A stretch of 39,788 nt of DNA from Octopus bimaculoides (taxonomy: Eukaryota): positions 30,668,975 through 30,708,762 of the forward strand of contig NC_069000.1 of assembly GCF_001194135.2 (NCBI RefSeq), written 5' to 3'. The notes under the pieces were generated by a model that worked only from the letters and a program-made list of their open reading frames with translations, had not been told where the DNA came from and searched no databases. This document shows positions 22,761 through 33,990 of the stretch, piece after piece. How positions within the stretch are numbered: position 1 is the stretch's first letter; every line of letters starts with the position of its first letter. The translations under genes and the position numbers were made by a program.

Positions 22761-22932
22761 TTAATTTCCGTAACAATTTTTTATTTATTTACTTCTGTTT
22801 TAAAGTGAAGGAGAGGAGAAAGTGAAAGATGTATGAACGTGTATATGAAATAGACGTATGTGTGTGTGTGTGCGTGTGCGTAAGAGAGAGATAGAGAGAA
22901 AGAGAGAGAGAGAAGAGAGAGAGAAAAAGAGG

Positions 22933-22965
<33 letters not shown>

Positions 22966-22999
22966 AGAGAGAAAAAGAGAGAGAGAAATAGAGAGAGAG

Positions 23000-23030
<31 letters not shown>

Positions 23031-23308
23031 GAGTGCCACTTACACATACATGAGAACACACGTTCACTCACTCTCTCTCTCTCTCTCTTTCACACACACA
23101 CACACACATGCACACGTACATATAAAACAGATGTACGGATATGTACTGATGTATGTACTTATACATGACAACACCCCCCCTTCACTCACTCTCTTTCTCT
23201 CTTTCACACACGCGTTCATTTCATAAACACGTGCATACATCTTTCATTTTCTCCTCTCTTTCACTTTAAAACAAAAGTAAATGAATAAAATTTTTTTACG
23301 GAAATTAA
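22761..23308. mobile_element. Fold-back MITE-like element with about 95-bp inverted arms and TTAA at both ends
   Basis: 22761-22856 (ttaatttccgtaacaatttt...gaaatagacg) is the reverse complement of 23213-23308 with scattered mismatches. The interior is (GA)n/(CT)n/(CA)n-rich. Confidence 0.72.
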
Positions 23309-23830
23309 CGACTTGAAAATAATTTTGAAAAATATTGAAATATTGTTTGCTTAAAGAAAGCTAAAATATAAACACTTACTGTACAAACAACTTACATTTT
23401 TGAAATCGCATTCAGTTAGAAATATTTCTAAATGATAAATATTGTGCACGTCAAAAAGTCGACGTCGTTTTTTTTTTCTCTTAGAGAGCGCGAAGAATAT
23501 GTGTGTGTGCATGCCACAGATTGCGGACGTGTGTGTGTGTTGATTGACACGTCATGACATTCATTATATGTGTGTGCATTTTGTATGTGTGTTGACTTCA
23601 CGAGTAAACACAAAAAATGTGTTTACTCGTTTTCATTAATAAATAGAGGTTCAAATGTCACAAAACTTTGTACTGCACTGCCGAATGTGAGTATGAAAAT
23701 AAATATGCAAAAAAAAAAAAAAAAATTAAGATAAAGTATACTATTTCTGAGACATTTCGGGTGCACACAAACATCCCTTGAGTTTTAGTATTATTAAGAT
23801 AGAACTGAATCGAAAAGAAACGAGAAGAAA

Positions 23831-24022
23831 AGGCGACAAGCTGCCAGAAACGTTAGCACGCGGGGCGAAATGCTTAGCGGTATTTCGTCTGGCGTTACGT
23901 TCTGAGTTCAAATTCCGCCGAGGTCGACTTTGCCTTTCATCCTTTCGGGGTCGATAAATTAAGTACCAGTTACACACTGTGGTTGATGTAATTGACTTAA
24001 TCCCCTTGTTTGTCCCCTCTAT
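23831..24022 (+). mobile_element. SINE family B, young subfamily
   Basis: Near-identical to 25620-25832, with tail ...cttaatccccttgtttgtcccctctat; it ends at an N-gap. Confidence 0.9.
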
Positions 24023-24056
24023 NNNNNNNNNNNNNNNNNNNNNNNNNNNNNNNNNN

Positions 24057-24145
24057 TTTTACGGTCGATAAAACAAATACCAGTTGGGTAAAATGATTGA
24101 TTCCCTCCTCCAAAATTACTGACCTAGTGTCAAAATTTGAAATTA
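24057..24145 (+). mobile_element. SINE family B, 3' fragment with the old tail type
   Basis: ggtcgataaaacaaataccagt...gtgtcaaaatttgaaatt. Confidence 0.65.
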
Positions 24146-24149
24146 ATGT

Positions 24150-24645
24150 TAGGTAGAAGAGATCGCCGACAGGCAACCTTTGAAACTAATTTTGTATGCG
24201 GGGGGGGGGGGACTTTTCCAGCAGTGAGCAATAGACTTTTACCTCGAAATGAATGGAGATAACTTGCACAATATACGTTCAGAGCAACGAAAGCGTCAAG
24301 TTAAGCAGTTATAAGGGATTACCTGATAATTTAGCTAATCTGGCTATCTAGCTAATCGAGTCAACAATACACCTGTATAAGTAGGACGAACAGTAATACT
24401 ATTTCCTTCCTTCTAGTGTTTTCAGTGCAGCATAAAACAACTCTGTCATGATGCCATGGCTATACTAGAAACATATGGAAAACCTTATTTGTTAATTACA
24501 ATTTATTTTAATCGAAAATTAGAGAGATGTACAGACACATTTCTTTCTCGGACAACAGACACGTGACATACCAGATTCGATAGCCATGGTATTCAATATA
24601 AAGCTGAATAACTTGATGAATGATATCCTTATCAAATGGTTGGCA
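24150..24645 (+). mobile_element. Helitron RepHel fossil, Rep motif 1 region
   Basis: Degenerate frames give ILYAG..FQQ, SYKGLPDNLAN, VGRTVIL.PSF, HDAMAILETYGKPYLLIT and GQQTRDIPDSIAMVFNIKLNNLMNDIL. These match YQDAMAI...YGKPDLFITFT...DRPD.VARVF. Confidence 0.85.
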
Positions 24646-24654
24646 CTACGTCGG

Positions 24655-24965
24655 TTGTGAAATTAACGTGCAAGTGACTGAGCACTCCACAGACACGTGT
24701 ACCCTTAATGTAGTTCTCGGAGATAGTCAGCGAGACAAAGAGTGACAAGGCTGGCCCTTTGAATTACAGGCACAACAGAAACAGGAAGTAAGAGTGAGAG
24801 AAAGTTGTGGTGAAAGAATACAGTAGGGTTCGCCACCATCCCCTGCTGGAGCCTCGTGGAGCTTCAGGTGTTTTCGCTCAATAAACACTCACAACGCCCG
24901 GTCTGGGAATCGAAACGGCGATCCAATGACCGCGAGTCCGCTGCCCTAACCACTGGGCCATTGCG
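24655..24965 (-). mobile_element. SINE family C with a tRNA-like head, inserted in the Helitron Rep
   Basis: The minus-strand head cgcaatggcccagtggttagggcagcggactcgcggtc...gtttcgattcccagacc has a perfect A box (TGGCCCAGTGG) and a B-box-like GTTTCGATTCC. About 240 bp of non-tRNA body follows. Confidence 0.85.
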
Positions 24966-25019
24966 ATGGAGTGCCAACAACAAATAGAATGTCAAAGAAA
25001 AAAATTGGCTATATTGGAT
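24966..25019 (+). mobile_element. Helitron Rep continuation (degenerate IEFQKRGLPH region)
   Basis: It reads IECQRKKLAILD just after the SINE-C insertion, where the HUH-motif region is expected, and then enters an N-gap. Confidence 0.5.
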
Positions 25020-25480
25020 NNNNNNNNNNNNNNNNNNNNNNNNNNNNNNNNNNNNNNNNNNNNNNNNNNNNNNNNNNNNNNNNNNNNNNNNNNNNNNNNN
25101 NNNNNNNNNNNNNNNNNNNNNNNNNNNNNNNNNNNNNNNNNNNNNNNNNNNNNNNNNNNNNNNNNNNNNNNNNNNNNNNNNNNNNNNNNNNNNNNNNNNN
25201 NNNNNNNNNNNNNNNNNNNNNNNNNNNNNNNNNNNNNNNNNNNNNNNNNNNNNNNNNNNNNNNNNNNNNNNNNNNNNNNNNNNNNNNNNNNNNNNNNNNN
25301 NNNNNNNNNNNNNNNNNNNNNNNNNNNNNNNNNNNNNNNNNNNNNNNNNNNNNNNNNNNNNNNNNNNNNNNNNNNNNNNNNNNNNNNNNNNNNNNNNNNN
25401 NNNNNNNNNNNNNNNNNNNNNNNNNNNNNNNNNNNNNNNNNNNNNNNNNNNNNNNNNNNNNNNNNNNNNNNNNNNNNNNN

Positions 25481-25565
25481 NGTCCTCGTCGTCCTCCTCC
25501 TCGTCGTCGTCCTCCTCCTCCTCCTCCTCCTCCTCCTCATCATCATCATCACCATCATCATCATT
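25481..25565. repeat. (TCC/TCG)n(TCA)n triplet repeat
   Basis: Read directly. Confidence 0.95.
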
Positions 25566-25619
25566 ATCTAACATCTGGTTTCCATACTGGTATGGGTTGA
25601 ACACCATCGTAATATTGTT

Positions 25620-25832
25620 AGGGCGGCGAGCTGGCAGAATCGTTAGCACGCCGGGCGAAATGCTTAGCGGTATTTCGTCTGCCGTTACGTTCTGAGTTCA
25701 AATTTCGCCGAGGTCGACTTTGCCTTTCATCCATTCGGGGTCGATTAAATAAGTACCAGTTACGCACCGGGGTCGATGTCCCTGTTTGTCCTCTCTATAT
25801 TTAGTCCCCTGTGGTCAATAAAGAAATGAATA
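25620..25832 (+). mobile_element. SINE family B, young subfamily, full length
   Basis: A box TGGCAGAATCG, B box GAGTTCAAATT, central gaggtcgactttgcctttcatccattcggggtcgat..aagtaccag, and tail tttagtcccctgtggtcaataaagaaat. Confidence 0.9.
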
Positions 25833-25837
25833 TTGTT

Positions 25838-26220
25838 TATGATGAATCAGCTATCTTCCAGAACGGTAACGAGGTTACGTATGCCTTTGATCAACATTTA
25901 TTTTACTTTCATGAAAGTAATGAACAAGAAACCCTTGACAGTGCTCAAACAAGATAAACCCAGCTTACAGTATGACTTAAACAAAATGAAGGTGATGGAT
26001 ATGCACGACAGCTTCTTTATACTGAAATAACATACTATTATATTTTCAACAAAGAACTATATTAATGGAATCATTTCCAAGGAATACTGAAATGATTCAT
26101 CTTCCTCCGCTCTTATTGCATATCCCATGATTTGTGCACTATTTGTTCACAACATTTGTGCACTATAAATGGTGAAGTATTAGAAACATTTTAGGAAATA
26201 ACAGTCAAACGCAATTTTAA
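25838..26220 (+). mobile_element. Helitron RepHel fossil, Rep-to-helicase linker
   Basis: TVTRLRMPL/DQHLFYFHESNEQETLDSAQTR*TQLTV*LKQNEGDGYARQLLYTEITYYYIF...W, then LLLHIP...TINGEVLETF*EI. These match RL.VHLP, T.LTAWF.LN..D..AR.LLY.EIP.HY and RLLL...RTVNG...TF.EA. Confidence 0.82.
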
Positions 26221-27108
26221 TTAAGTTTTCCTTCTTCAGTGCGTACAACTATTCAAGATAACAAAAGTGTTCAAGGTTAAGGAAAATGCTCAAGGTGAAT
26301 AAAAACTTTCAAGGCATTCAGTTCTCGGAAGTATTGATTACGCATTGAAATTCTTTTATGGCTGTTCACTACGGTTACCTTTTATACTATCAATATGGCG
26401 TTTTAGATTTTTAGCGGTTGAAAATCCAATCCAAATTCTTGAGAGAATTTGTTTACTGTGGTGATAATCAATTTGCTAACAATTTAGTATGCTGTTTTGG
26501 GAGATGGAAATATAGTATGCTGTTAAAAACTATCTTCATAAATTGCTCCCTGGTGCGCAATTGTCCTCTACCTTAGTCAGTTAATGTTCGAATTATGTGG
26601 TACGTGATCTTTTAGAAGGTTTTTAATGTTACGGTCGATAGAATCCAGGTCAGTTACGTTCCAAACCCCTACGACAGAATGCTGTGCTATGACACTATAG
26701 GTGTGTGAATGACACAGATAACATTTTTACTATTGACATGATTTTAATAAAGCTTTGGGAAACACTGGCGTTGATAGACAACTCAGAAGTAACAGCGTCC
26801 AGACTCACACACACAAAACAAAACACTTTCCCATTACTTATTAAACGTATACTTTTTGCCTCGCTGTGAAAAATGGATAATTTTCTTAAACCATGACCAG
26901 AAAAATAAATCGATCCGACTCGCTTCAGCGTATTTAATGCCTTATCAGAGATCGGTTACTCTCTATTTTGTTTTACCAAAGAAGGAATAGCAATGTATAG
27001 CTCTTTATAAACAAAGATGTACAGAAATAAATTGGTCTGCGCTGACTTGCATAATTATTTTCACAAGATCTATTTTCGACAACGAGTATAATCAATATTT
27101 TGGAAACA

Positions 27109-27155
<47 letters not shown>

Positions 27156-27214
27156 ACACACACGCACACACACACACAAACACGCACACATATTCATACA
27201 TATTTTATATTCTA

Positions 27215-27671
27215 ACTTTTACTAGTTTCAGTTGTTAGACTGCGGCCATGTTGGAGTNNNNNNNNNNNNNNNNNNNNNNNNNNNNNNNNNNNNNNNNNNN
27301 NNNNNNNNNNNNNNNNNNNNNNNNNNNNNNNNNNNNNNNNNNNNNNNNNNNNNNNNNNNNNNNNNNNNNNNNNNNNNNNNNNNNNNNNNNNNNNNNNNNN
27401 NNNNNNNNNNNNNNNNNNNNNNNNNNNNNNNNNNNNNNNNNNNNNNNNNNNNNNNNNNNNNNNNNNNNNNNNNNNNNNNNNNNNNNNNNNNNNNNNNNNN
27501 NNNNNNNNNNNNNNNNNNNNNNNNNNNNNNNNNNNNNNNNNNNNNNACCCACAAGGCTTTGGTCACCCCGAGGCTATAGTGGAAGGCACTTACCCAAGGT
27601 GCCACGCCGCGGGACTGAACCCGGAAACATGTGGCTGAGAAGCAAGCTTACCATACAGTCACACCTGCACC
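27215..27671 (-). mobile_element. SINE family A, centre lost in an N-gap
   Basis: Tail actagtttcagttgttagactgcggccatg and head cccaaggtgccacgccgcgggactgaacccgg...cacctgcacc. Confidence 0.85.
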
Positions 27672-27731
27672 TATACCATATATATATATATATATATATA
27701 TACGTGCTTATTTATGCACCTGCACTTATAA

Positions 27732-27780
<49 letters not shown>

Positions 27781-27781
27781 G

Positions 27782-27870
27782 CATGTGTGTGTGCCTGCTT
27801 GTGTGTGTGCCTTCTTGTGTGTGTGCCTGCTTGTGTGTGTGCCTGCTTGTGTGTGTGCCTGCTTGTGTGT
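27782..27870. repeat. Minisatellite, about 5 x 16 bp (gtgtgtgtgcctgctt)
   Basis: Read directly. Confidence 0.85.
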
Positions 27871-27906
27871 ATATGTCTACGCATTTGCTCTTCTAAGCGT
27901 ATATAT

Positions 27907-27941
<35 letters not shown>

Positions 27942-29933
27942 AATAAAGTTGAAATTTATAGAACACCGAGCAGTTGTATTAGTTTGACGCTCGGGAAAAC
28001 GAAAGATCTTTTACGCTTTGAGCCTACGCTCTTCAACAGAAAAGAATAAAACAAACAGAGATAGAACGAAAAAAAACCTGTGGATTTAGCTGTATATGTA
28101 CGTGTATGTGTAAGTGTGTGTGTGAGTGTGTGTGTGTGTGTGTGTGTATGTGTTCGCGCGCGTGCGCGTATTTTATACTGCAACTATGCAGAATTTAACG
28201 CAGTTGTGAAAATAAAGCTCGTAATTATAGATGAACACTTTTACAGTTTTACAAGTCTCATCCCGTGGGCTATGGCTAAGCTGGGACGCGGTCATGATAG
28301 TTATAAATGTTAAAATTAGTCGTATTGTAAGATATTATGTATCGAATTAAGAGGAGTAACATCAGTACATCTCAAAGTAGGTGGTATGGTAATACTCTAT
28401 ATGGATTTAAGATAGAATCTAGTTTCGTGTTTCTGTACGCAGATTAATTTAATGACCTGGCTTAGCATTAAGTCTTCAGGAAGTGTAGAAAAGATGATGT
28501 CCACACTGAGTCTTCAAAATGAAGCATCACGTCTCTCTAGCGCCAACTATCATAGTAACGAATAGATGAAGATTTCCATTTGTTGCAGCGTTTCCAAGTT
28601 GTCTCCCACGCAGATTTATTCATAGTTTTTCCGCAAACCTTACGTGATTTGCGACTCCATTAGTTTATAAATAGCATGAGCTGTTTATAATATATTGATT
28701 TGTGAAAAAAAAAAGAGATAATAGATTTGCTTTAGTATTGACTTTAATGTTGATAATAATCTCAGAGGATTCTTCAAAACCCAATAGCAATTAGACGTTG
28801 TATCTATGACATTATGCATCGAACTATTTTGTTATTGTATTACGTACTGACCTAAGATATGTTGCTACTAACACTATTCTTATGGTACAGTAGGTATATC
28901 TCATCTGCTTCATTTTTTTCTATATCTTCACCAAGCTTCTTTGTTCACTTATTAATGCAGATTCTATTTCTTTGCGGAAAATCACATCTATAATGGCAAA
29001 GCCTTGTACATTTCCCACGGCTCATGAAGTCGACACTACTGTAACACATTTTTTAATTACTTTTACGAGGTCCGCCATTAAAATTTTTAATTTGTTAACT
29101 TCCGACGTAGCTGAGTGTTACCTAATTAATTGGTTGCTAGCATGTGTAAGGCTTAACTACTTCATTGATGACTATGTTCTCTATCCACGACTCAATATCC
29201 AGTTCAGGTAATATTGAAGTGTCTATTAGAATAGACAAAAGCGACTCTTATACTATCGTGGACAGAATTCTGTTATAAAGTATACAAAACAGAGTAACAC
29301 AAATTCTTTCGATTGTCAGTCTATGCAACCATTTTAATTAAATGGTTATTGTCGACAAATCGGTAGCACAAGTCTAAAGTTATATTTGTGATTGCTAATT
29401 CTCTCTTAGCTGTTTGTAACACCATATCATAAAAAGGTTGCTGGTTTCTTTAGCAATTCTAACACCGATAAAACGGTCTTTATTTTTAAAGAGACATATC
29501 TCCCTTGGGACCCGTAAGAACTTACTAACAGCTAATCCCAAAGAGATGCAGTGGAATAGTTATCAGTACTCTGGTGCAGCGAAATATTTTCTTATTCAAC
29601 TGTATATACTACTATTGTAAAATAAAGCCAAGGTGTATAAAGCAGTGTCTGACTCAGCCACGATGTAGTTATTTCATTTTTAACAAACTGTCACAGATAA
29701 AGTCAATTGCCAAATAAGAACATCTCCAAAATCCCAATATTACACGTAAGAAATGTTTGGTGTAGTTGCGTTTGATAATGAGTTGCCTTTTGGTTGATGT
29801 AATAGATTGTTCTATTCTACTTAGTTACACATTATTGATTAGAAATCGTAGTTTAATATTTGTCAGTTCCTTGAGGCATATTTTCAATATTGGAGAAAAA
29901 TATGAGTACTCTTCTGAATAAAGTTTTAAGAAC

Positions 29934-30017
29934 GTATATATTATACATATATTATACATATATTATACATATATTATACATATATTATACATATATTATA
30001 CATATATTATACATATA
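29934..30017. repeat. Minisatellite, about 7 x 11 bp (tatattataca)
   Basis: Read directly. Confidence 0.9.
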
Positions 30018-30519
30018 TGCATGCCTTCTGCGTTTAACTACATATTCTGCTTCAGGCAGGGTTTTTTAATAGTATCGATAGTGTACATATTCAACAAAAA
30101 TATTGACAACTACAATTGTTATTGTGTTATTCTAAATCCATAAGAAGCTTTTAGAATTGGATTTGTGTCTTGTTCTCCTTTCAAGTTCTCATATTCATAA
30201 ATTTAACAATTAAATGTCTTCAAGTACTATGTTATGTTATCAACATCGCTGCCTGTGTAGTTATCAGTTTTATTCATTCTTCATTTACAAATGTATTCTT
30301 ACAAACATTATCAAAAACGATAATCGGCTACTTCATGCACATTGCTTTTGGTAGGTATATAAGAGCAGCATTTCAAGCTTTCTCAGAAGAGAACTGTCCT
30401 AGATATTTGTAATTTCAGTATATCATTATCATGCATCTAATTAGGTGACCTGCCAAAATTTTATTCCAGATTGAAAGAGACGGTTATAATATCACTTGAA
30501 CACACCCTACAAAACACTG

Positions 30520-30870
30520 TTTGTCACTGCCTCCTAAACACAGCTTATCCCAATTCCATCTTGGTAACCAGCTACTTGACAGAAATGGTCATCAAAACCA
30601 TCCCTCCACTTCTTACAGTCTAGAACTTGTTCCTTGCGACTTTTGGTTGTTCACCAAGCTGAAGGAGAAACTCAGGAGCAATCATTCTATAGACATGGAG
30701 GCTGTGACAAATCTCCTTGACACCTTCACTTTGCAAGACTTCCATGGGGCCTTCACAAAGTGCCTGGAGCCCTACAAGGGCTTCGAAGTCAGGGGATCCT
30801 ACAGCAAAAGAGATTAGAGTTTTTTTACTTCTTTCAAATTAATAAATGTCTCTCCTGGAAGAATTAAAAA
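30520..30870 (+). mobile_element. mariner transposase C-terminal fragment
   Basis: ORF 30521-30817 contains SYSLELVPCDFWLFTKLKEKLR...DFHGAFTKCLE...RGSY, a degenerate YSPDLAPCDF motif. Confidence 0.8.
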
Positions 30871-31035
30871 CTTCTGGAGAATATATCTAGCGCATAAGCG
30901 TGTTTATATATATANNNNNNNNNNNNNNNNNNNNNNNNNNNNNNNNNNNNNNNNNNNNNNNNNNNNNNNNNNNNNNNNNNNNNNNNNNNNNNNNNNNNNN
31001 NNNNNNNNNNNNNNNNNNNNNNNNNNNNNNNNNNN

Positions 31036-31059
<24 letters not shown>

Positions 31060-31078
<19 letters not shown>

Positions 31079-31260
31079 AAACTGAGAATGTGTAAGTGTG
31101 TGTGTGTGTATGTGTGCAGCAGTAAAACTGGAGAACTAGCAAACCTATTTCATTCAAATTTTACACATGCCTTACCTCGGGTCCGTAGAATGTCATGGAC
31201 CAAAAACAGTTTTAAACTTTTTGCCTAATGCGAGCCCGGAGCTATCTCTTATTTCTTCCA
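31060..31260 (+). mobile_element. Probable non-autonomous Helitron-like 5' segment
   Basis: (TA)n-aaaactgagaatgtg(tg)n...aactggagaact...atttcattcaaattttacac resembles common Helitron-derived short elements. Termini were not verified. Confidence 0.4.
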
Positions 31261-31633
31261 CTATTTCAGTGTCAAAAGTGAAACAATAACATCTCTATTA
31301 TTATGTGAGATATTTTCAGTTTTAATACTTTTGATATTAATACTGAAACTATTATCTCACTTACATATATACATGCATACATACATATATATATATCATT
31401 TGTACGTATATACATATATATTATTTGTATATATATGCATGTATATATGTGTATATACATCTGCTCATATATATTTATGTATATATATATATATGTATAC
31501 GCATAGATGCATATGTATACATGCATATGTATAGGTGTATATGTATAGATGTATATATATATATATAGATTTATATGTATATATAAATGTATGTATATAT
31601 ATGCATAAATATTTGTATGCATATATATATATG

Positions 31634-31791
31634 TATGGCTGTATGGTAAGTAGCTTGCTTACCAACCACATGGTCTTAGGTTCAGAGGCCCACTGCGTGG
31701 CACCTTGGGTAATTGTCTTCTACTGTAGTCTCGGGCCGACCAAAGCCTTGTGAGTGGATTTGGTAGACGGAAACTGAAAGAAGCCCTTCGT
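31634..31791 (+). mobile_element. SINE family A, 5' half only
   Basis: tggctgtatggtaag...ggttcagaggcccactgcgtggcaccttggg...aaactgaaagaagccc, truncated at its internal (TA)n. Confidence 0.85.
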
Positions 31792-31819
31792 ATATATGAC
31801 AGGCTGAGTAAAAATTCTT

Positions 31820-31879
31820 TATAAGCGACAGAAGCAGTCAGTACTGCTTCTGTCGCTTATAGCATGCTAATAGCATGCT
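31820..31879. repeat. Two adjacent perfect hairpins (19-bp stem with 4-nt loop; 9-bp stem with 1-nt centre)
   Basis: tataagcgacagaagcagt-cagt-actgcttctgtcgcttata (31820-31861) and agcatgcta-a-tagcatgct (31861-31879). Confidence 0.92.
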
Positions 31880-31911
31880 ATGCTATGCTGCTTTTTTAAT
31901 TCATTAAATTC

Positions 31912-32409
31912 TCGTAAAATATATTTGCCAACTAAATGTGGTGGTCCTATAGAAGGCGATGTTACTGTTATTTTTAGTAACAGGAAGACTTCTCCTCCAG
32001 CCGGCCAACGACATACAGTCTGTGTCCGATTAGTATTTGCGTGGGAGGTCATCGCTCACATCTCTAGCCTTACATGATACACACAGACCCTGGTTTCTGG
32101 GTAGTTACCCGTCTTCAGTGTGTGTCAATCACTTGCTTGTTATATAGTATTTTTCAAGTGGAATGAGTTCTTTATCACGAGCCAGTAATTGGCACTCAAT
32201 GAAGACGGGTAACTACCCAGAAACCCGGGTCTGTGTGTATCACATAAGGCTAGAGATGGGAGCGATGACCTCCCTCGCAAATACTAATCGGACACAGACT
32301 GTGTGTCGTTCGTTGGCCAGCTGGAGGAGATGTCTTCCTGGGGCTAAAAACAACAGTAACATCATCCTTTATAGGACCGCCACATTTAGTTGGTAAATAT
32401 ATTTTACGA
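31912..32409. mobile_element. Fold-back element with about 230-bp inverted arms, about 36-bp spacer and TTC on both flanks
   Basis: 31912-32140 is the reverse complement of 32177-32409 at roughly 90% identity by eye, with one 4-bp indel. Flanks read aaaTTC|tcgtaaaat ... attttacga|TTCcg. Confidence 0.85.
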
Positions 32410-32914
32410 TTCCGTACTGTTACTGTTAATATCTCGCTCAGAGATTTAATATAAGTCATCTCTCTCATTAAATTCTTCTTATATGGAAGGAACTGATTTC
32501 TAACAAAGAAACAAGACACCATTCCTTGAATGTAAACAACAGCAACAGTAACATTTACATACTGAGTTTTAGAAAAAGTTTTCATATGTTTTTACTGTTC
32601 TACTTACATATTGATTTAACAAAATGTATGTTCGTTGGTTAATTTATTTGCCGGAATAATCCATCTTTCCGAGATTACTAATTACTAATTAAATATCTAC
32701 AAACTTAACTAGCGGCATCTATGATGTGTGAAGATGTTGTCGGTGAATATTCTCTGTCTTACTGATTTCAAAGAAACATTCTTTACATTTACCTGAGAAG
32801 TTGACCAATTTTGCAGTACATCGTTTTTTCTTTTGTCTATGTTTTTCACTTGGTAGAGACGTTGATGAGAATGTTCCATCAATATTCGGTGTGTTATTTT
32901 ATTTTTATCATTTA

Positions 32915-33130
32915 TCTTTTACATAGTCCAGTCATTAGGTTATGGCTTATGTTAGGGCAGCATCTTCAAAGGGTTAGCCGAACAAATCGAGCCTAGTATT
33001 CATTTTTTTTTAAAGTCTGCTAACTTATTCTATCGGTCACTTTTGCCGAACCGTTGGTTTGCGGGGACGTAAACAAACCAACACTGGTTTTCAAGCAGTG
33101 GTGGGGAGCAAGCACAAAGACATAAACACA
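32915..33130 (-). mobile_element. SINE family A, 3' half (old)
   Basis: cttattctatcggtcacttttgccgaaccg...ggggacgtaaacaaaccaacactggttttcaagc matches about 1065-1150. Confidence 0.78.
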
Positions 33131-33205
33131 TAGATAAATAGACATATACGCACAAAGACATACACATCAGAAAAACGTTTATATACTCAGTATTAGAAAA
33201 CTTTT

Positions 33206-33490
33206 CTATTTTATCCTAGGGCAGTCATTTCTTTGGATGGGTTTAGAATGCATTTCAACAACAATATCATACTGCACCGGAAGATAATAAGTTAATGGTG
33301 ATTTAGAGCAGCTGATGATCATGTTTGTACTATTTTCCATAGATATTTGACAAAATTGACATTTTCGGACATATTTCGTGGGTTTAAAGGCTTTACAGAC
33401 TCCTTTGTTTATTAAATATTTTGAAGCTGTCCCGTGCTCCTGGATTAAATAGTCGTACAATTGGGATGTAAAACTAACAGGCCTACTCAT
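33206..33490 (-). mobile_element. Old RLE-LINE fragment of the same family as 34-914
   Basis: YLIQEHGTASKYLINK...KCQFCQISMENSTNMIISCSKSPLTYYLPVQYDIV aligns without gaps to SAIQKQQISTKYLMHK...QCRLCGANIENITHIISICPKMSAR*YLPMRHDVL. Confidence 0.72.
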
Positions 33491-33990
33491 AACATGCTAA
33501 CATTCGCACAATTATCAAATGTGAAGCAACCTTAAGTTTGCCATGATCGCTCAGTCTTTTTTTAGAAACACAGTCTACCTAAGACTACTTAATACAATGT
33601 ATCATTTCTGTTTGCTTAAGTTTAAGCTATATTTGGTATGTAGAAGGCTTCTATCCACCCCACCATACATTTGTTCAGGTAGCGAGACTAGTAATTCTTC
33701 AAATTTATGAGACGTCATCACGAACTGATTAATTTTAAAGGGTTTCACTCCTGGCCAACGGCATGCTTCCCTTCAGTTTTAAACATTCGGTTAATGTTAT
33801 TTGCTTTTGTTGTAGTTGTTTGTCAAGTGCTGTGTGAGTGATGTCATGCAAAACTCATAGGTTGTCTAGTTTAATCTTAAGTCACTTCCTCCGCTTTTTC
33901 TTTTAAAATAGAGCTTATCGATATCACTCTTTCTCTGTAAGTTTCTAGTTGATGTCAGGATCTTATGTGTTTTAATATCCATAGAATGGA

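Noticed and set aside
24895-24965. tRNA gene on the minus strand
   Set aside because: It has A and B boxes but no clean cloverleaf or terminator, and it continues into a SINE body. It is a SINE head.
28441-28563. + strand exon candidate INLMTWLSIKSSGSVEK...*
   Set aside because: Only phase 0 is open, which is incompatible with the chain, and there is no homology.
28961-29207. Alternative internal exon using the 28972-29211 frame, or Sec read-through of the TGA at 29025
   Set aside because: The phase does not match upstream candidates and the composition looks like random AT-rich DNA. No SECIS or selenoprotein motif was seen.
30100-30420. ORF 30170-30412 or an old transposase relic
   Set aside because: No identifiable motif in any frame.
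31867-32585. Paired ORFs MTSHANTNRTQTVC... on both strands
   Set aside because: They are a by-product of the inverted repeat and show no protein motifs.
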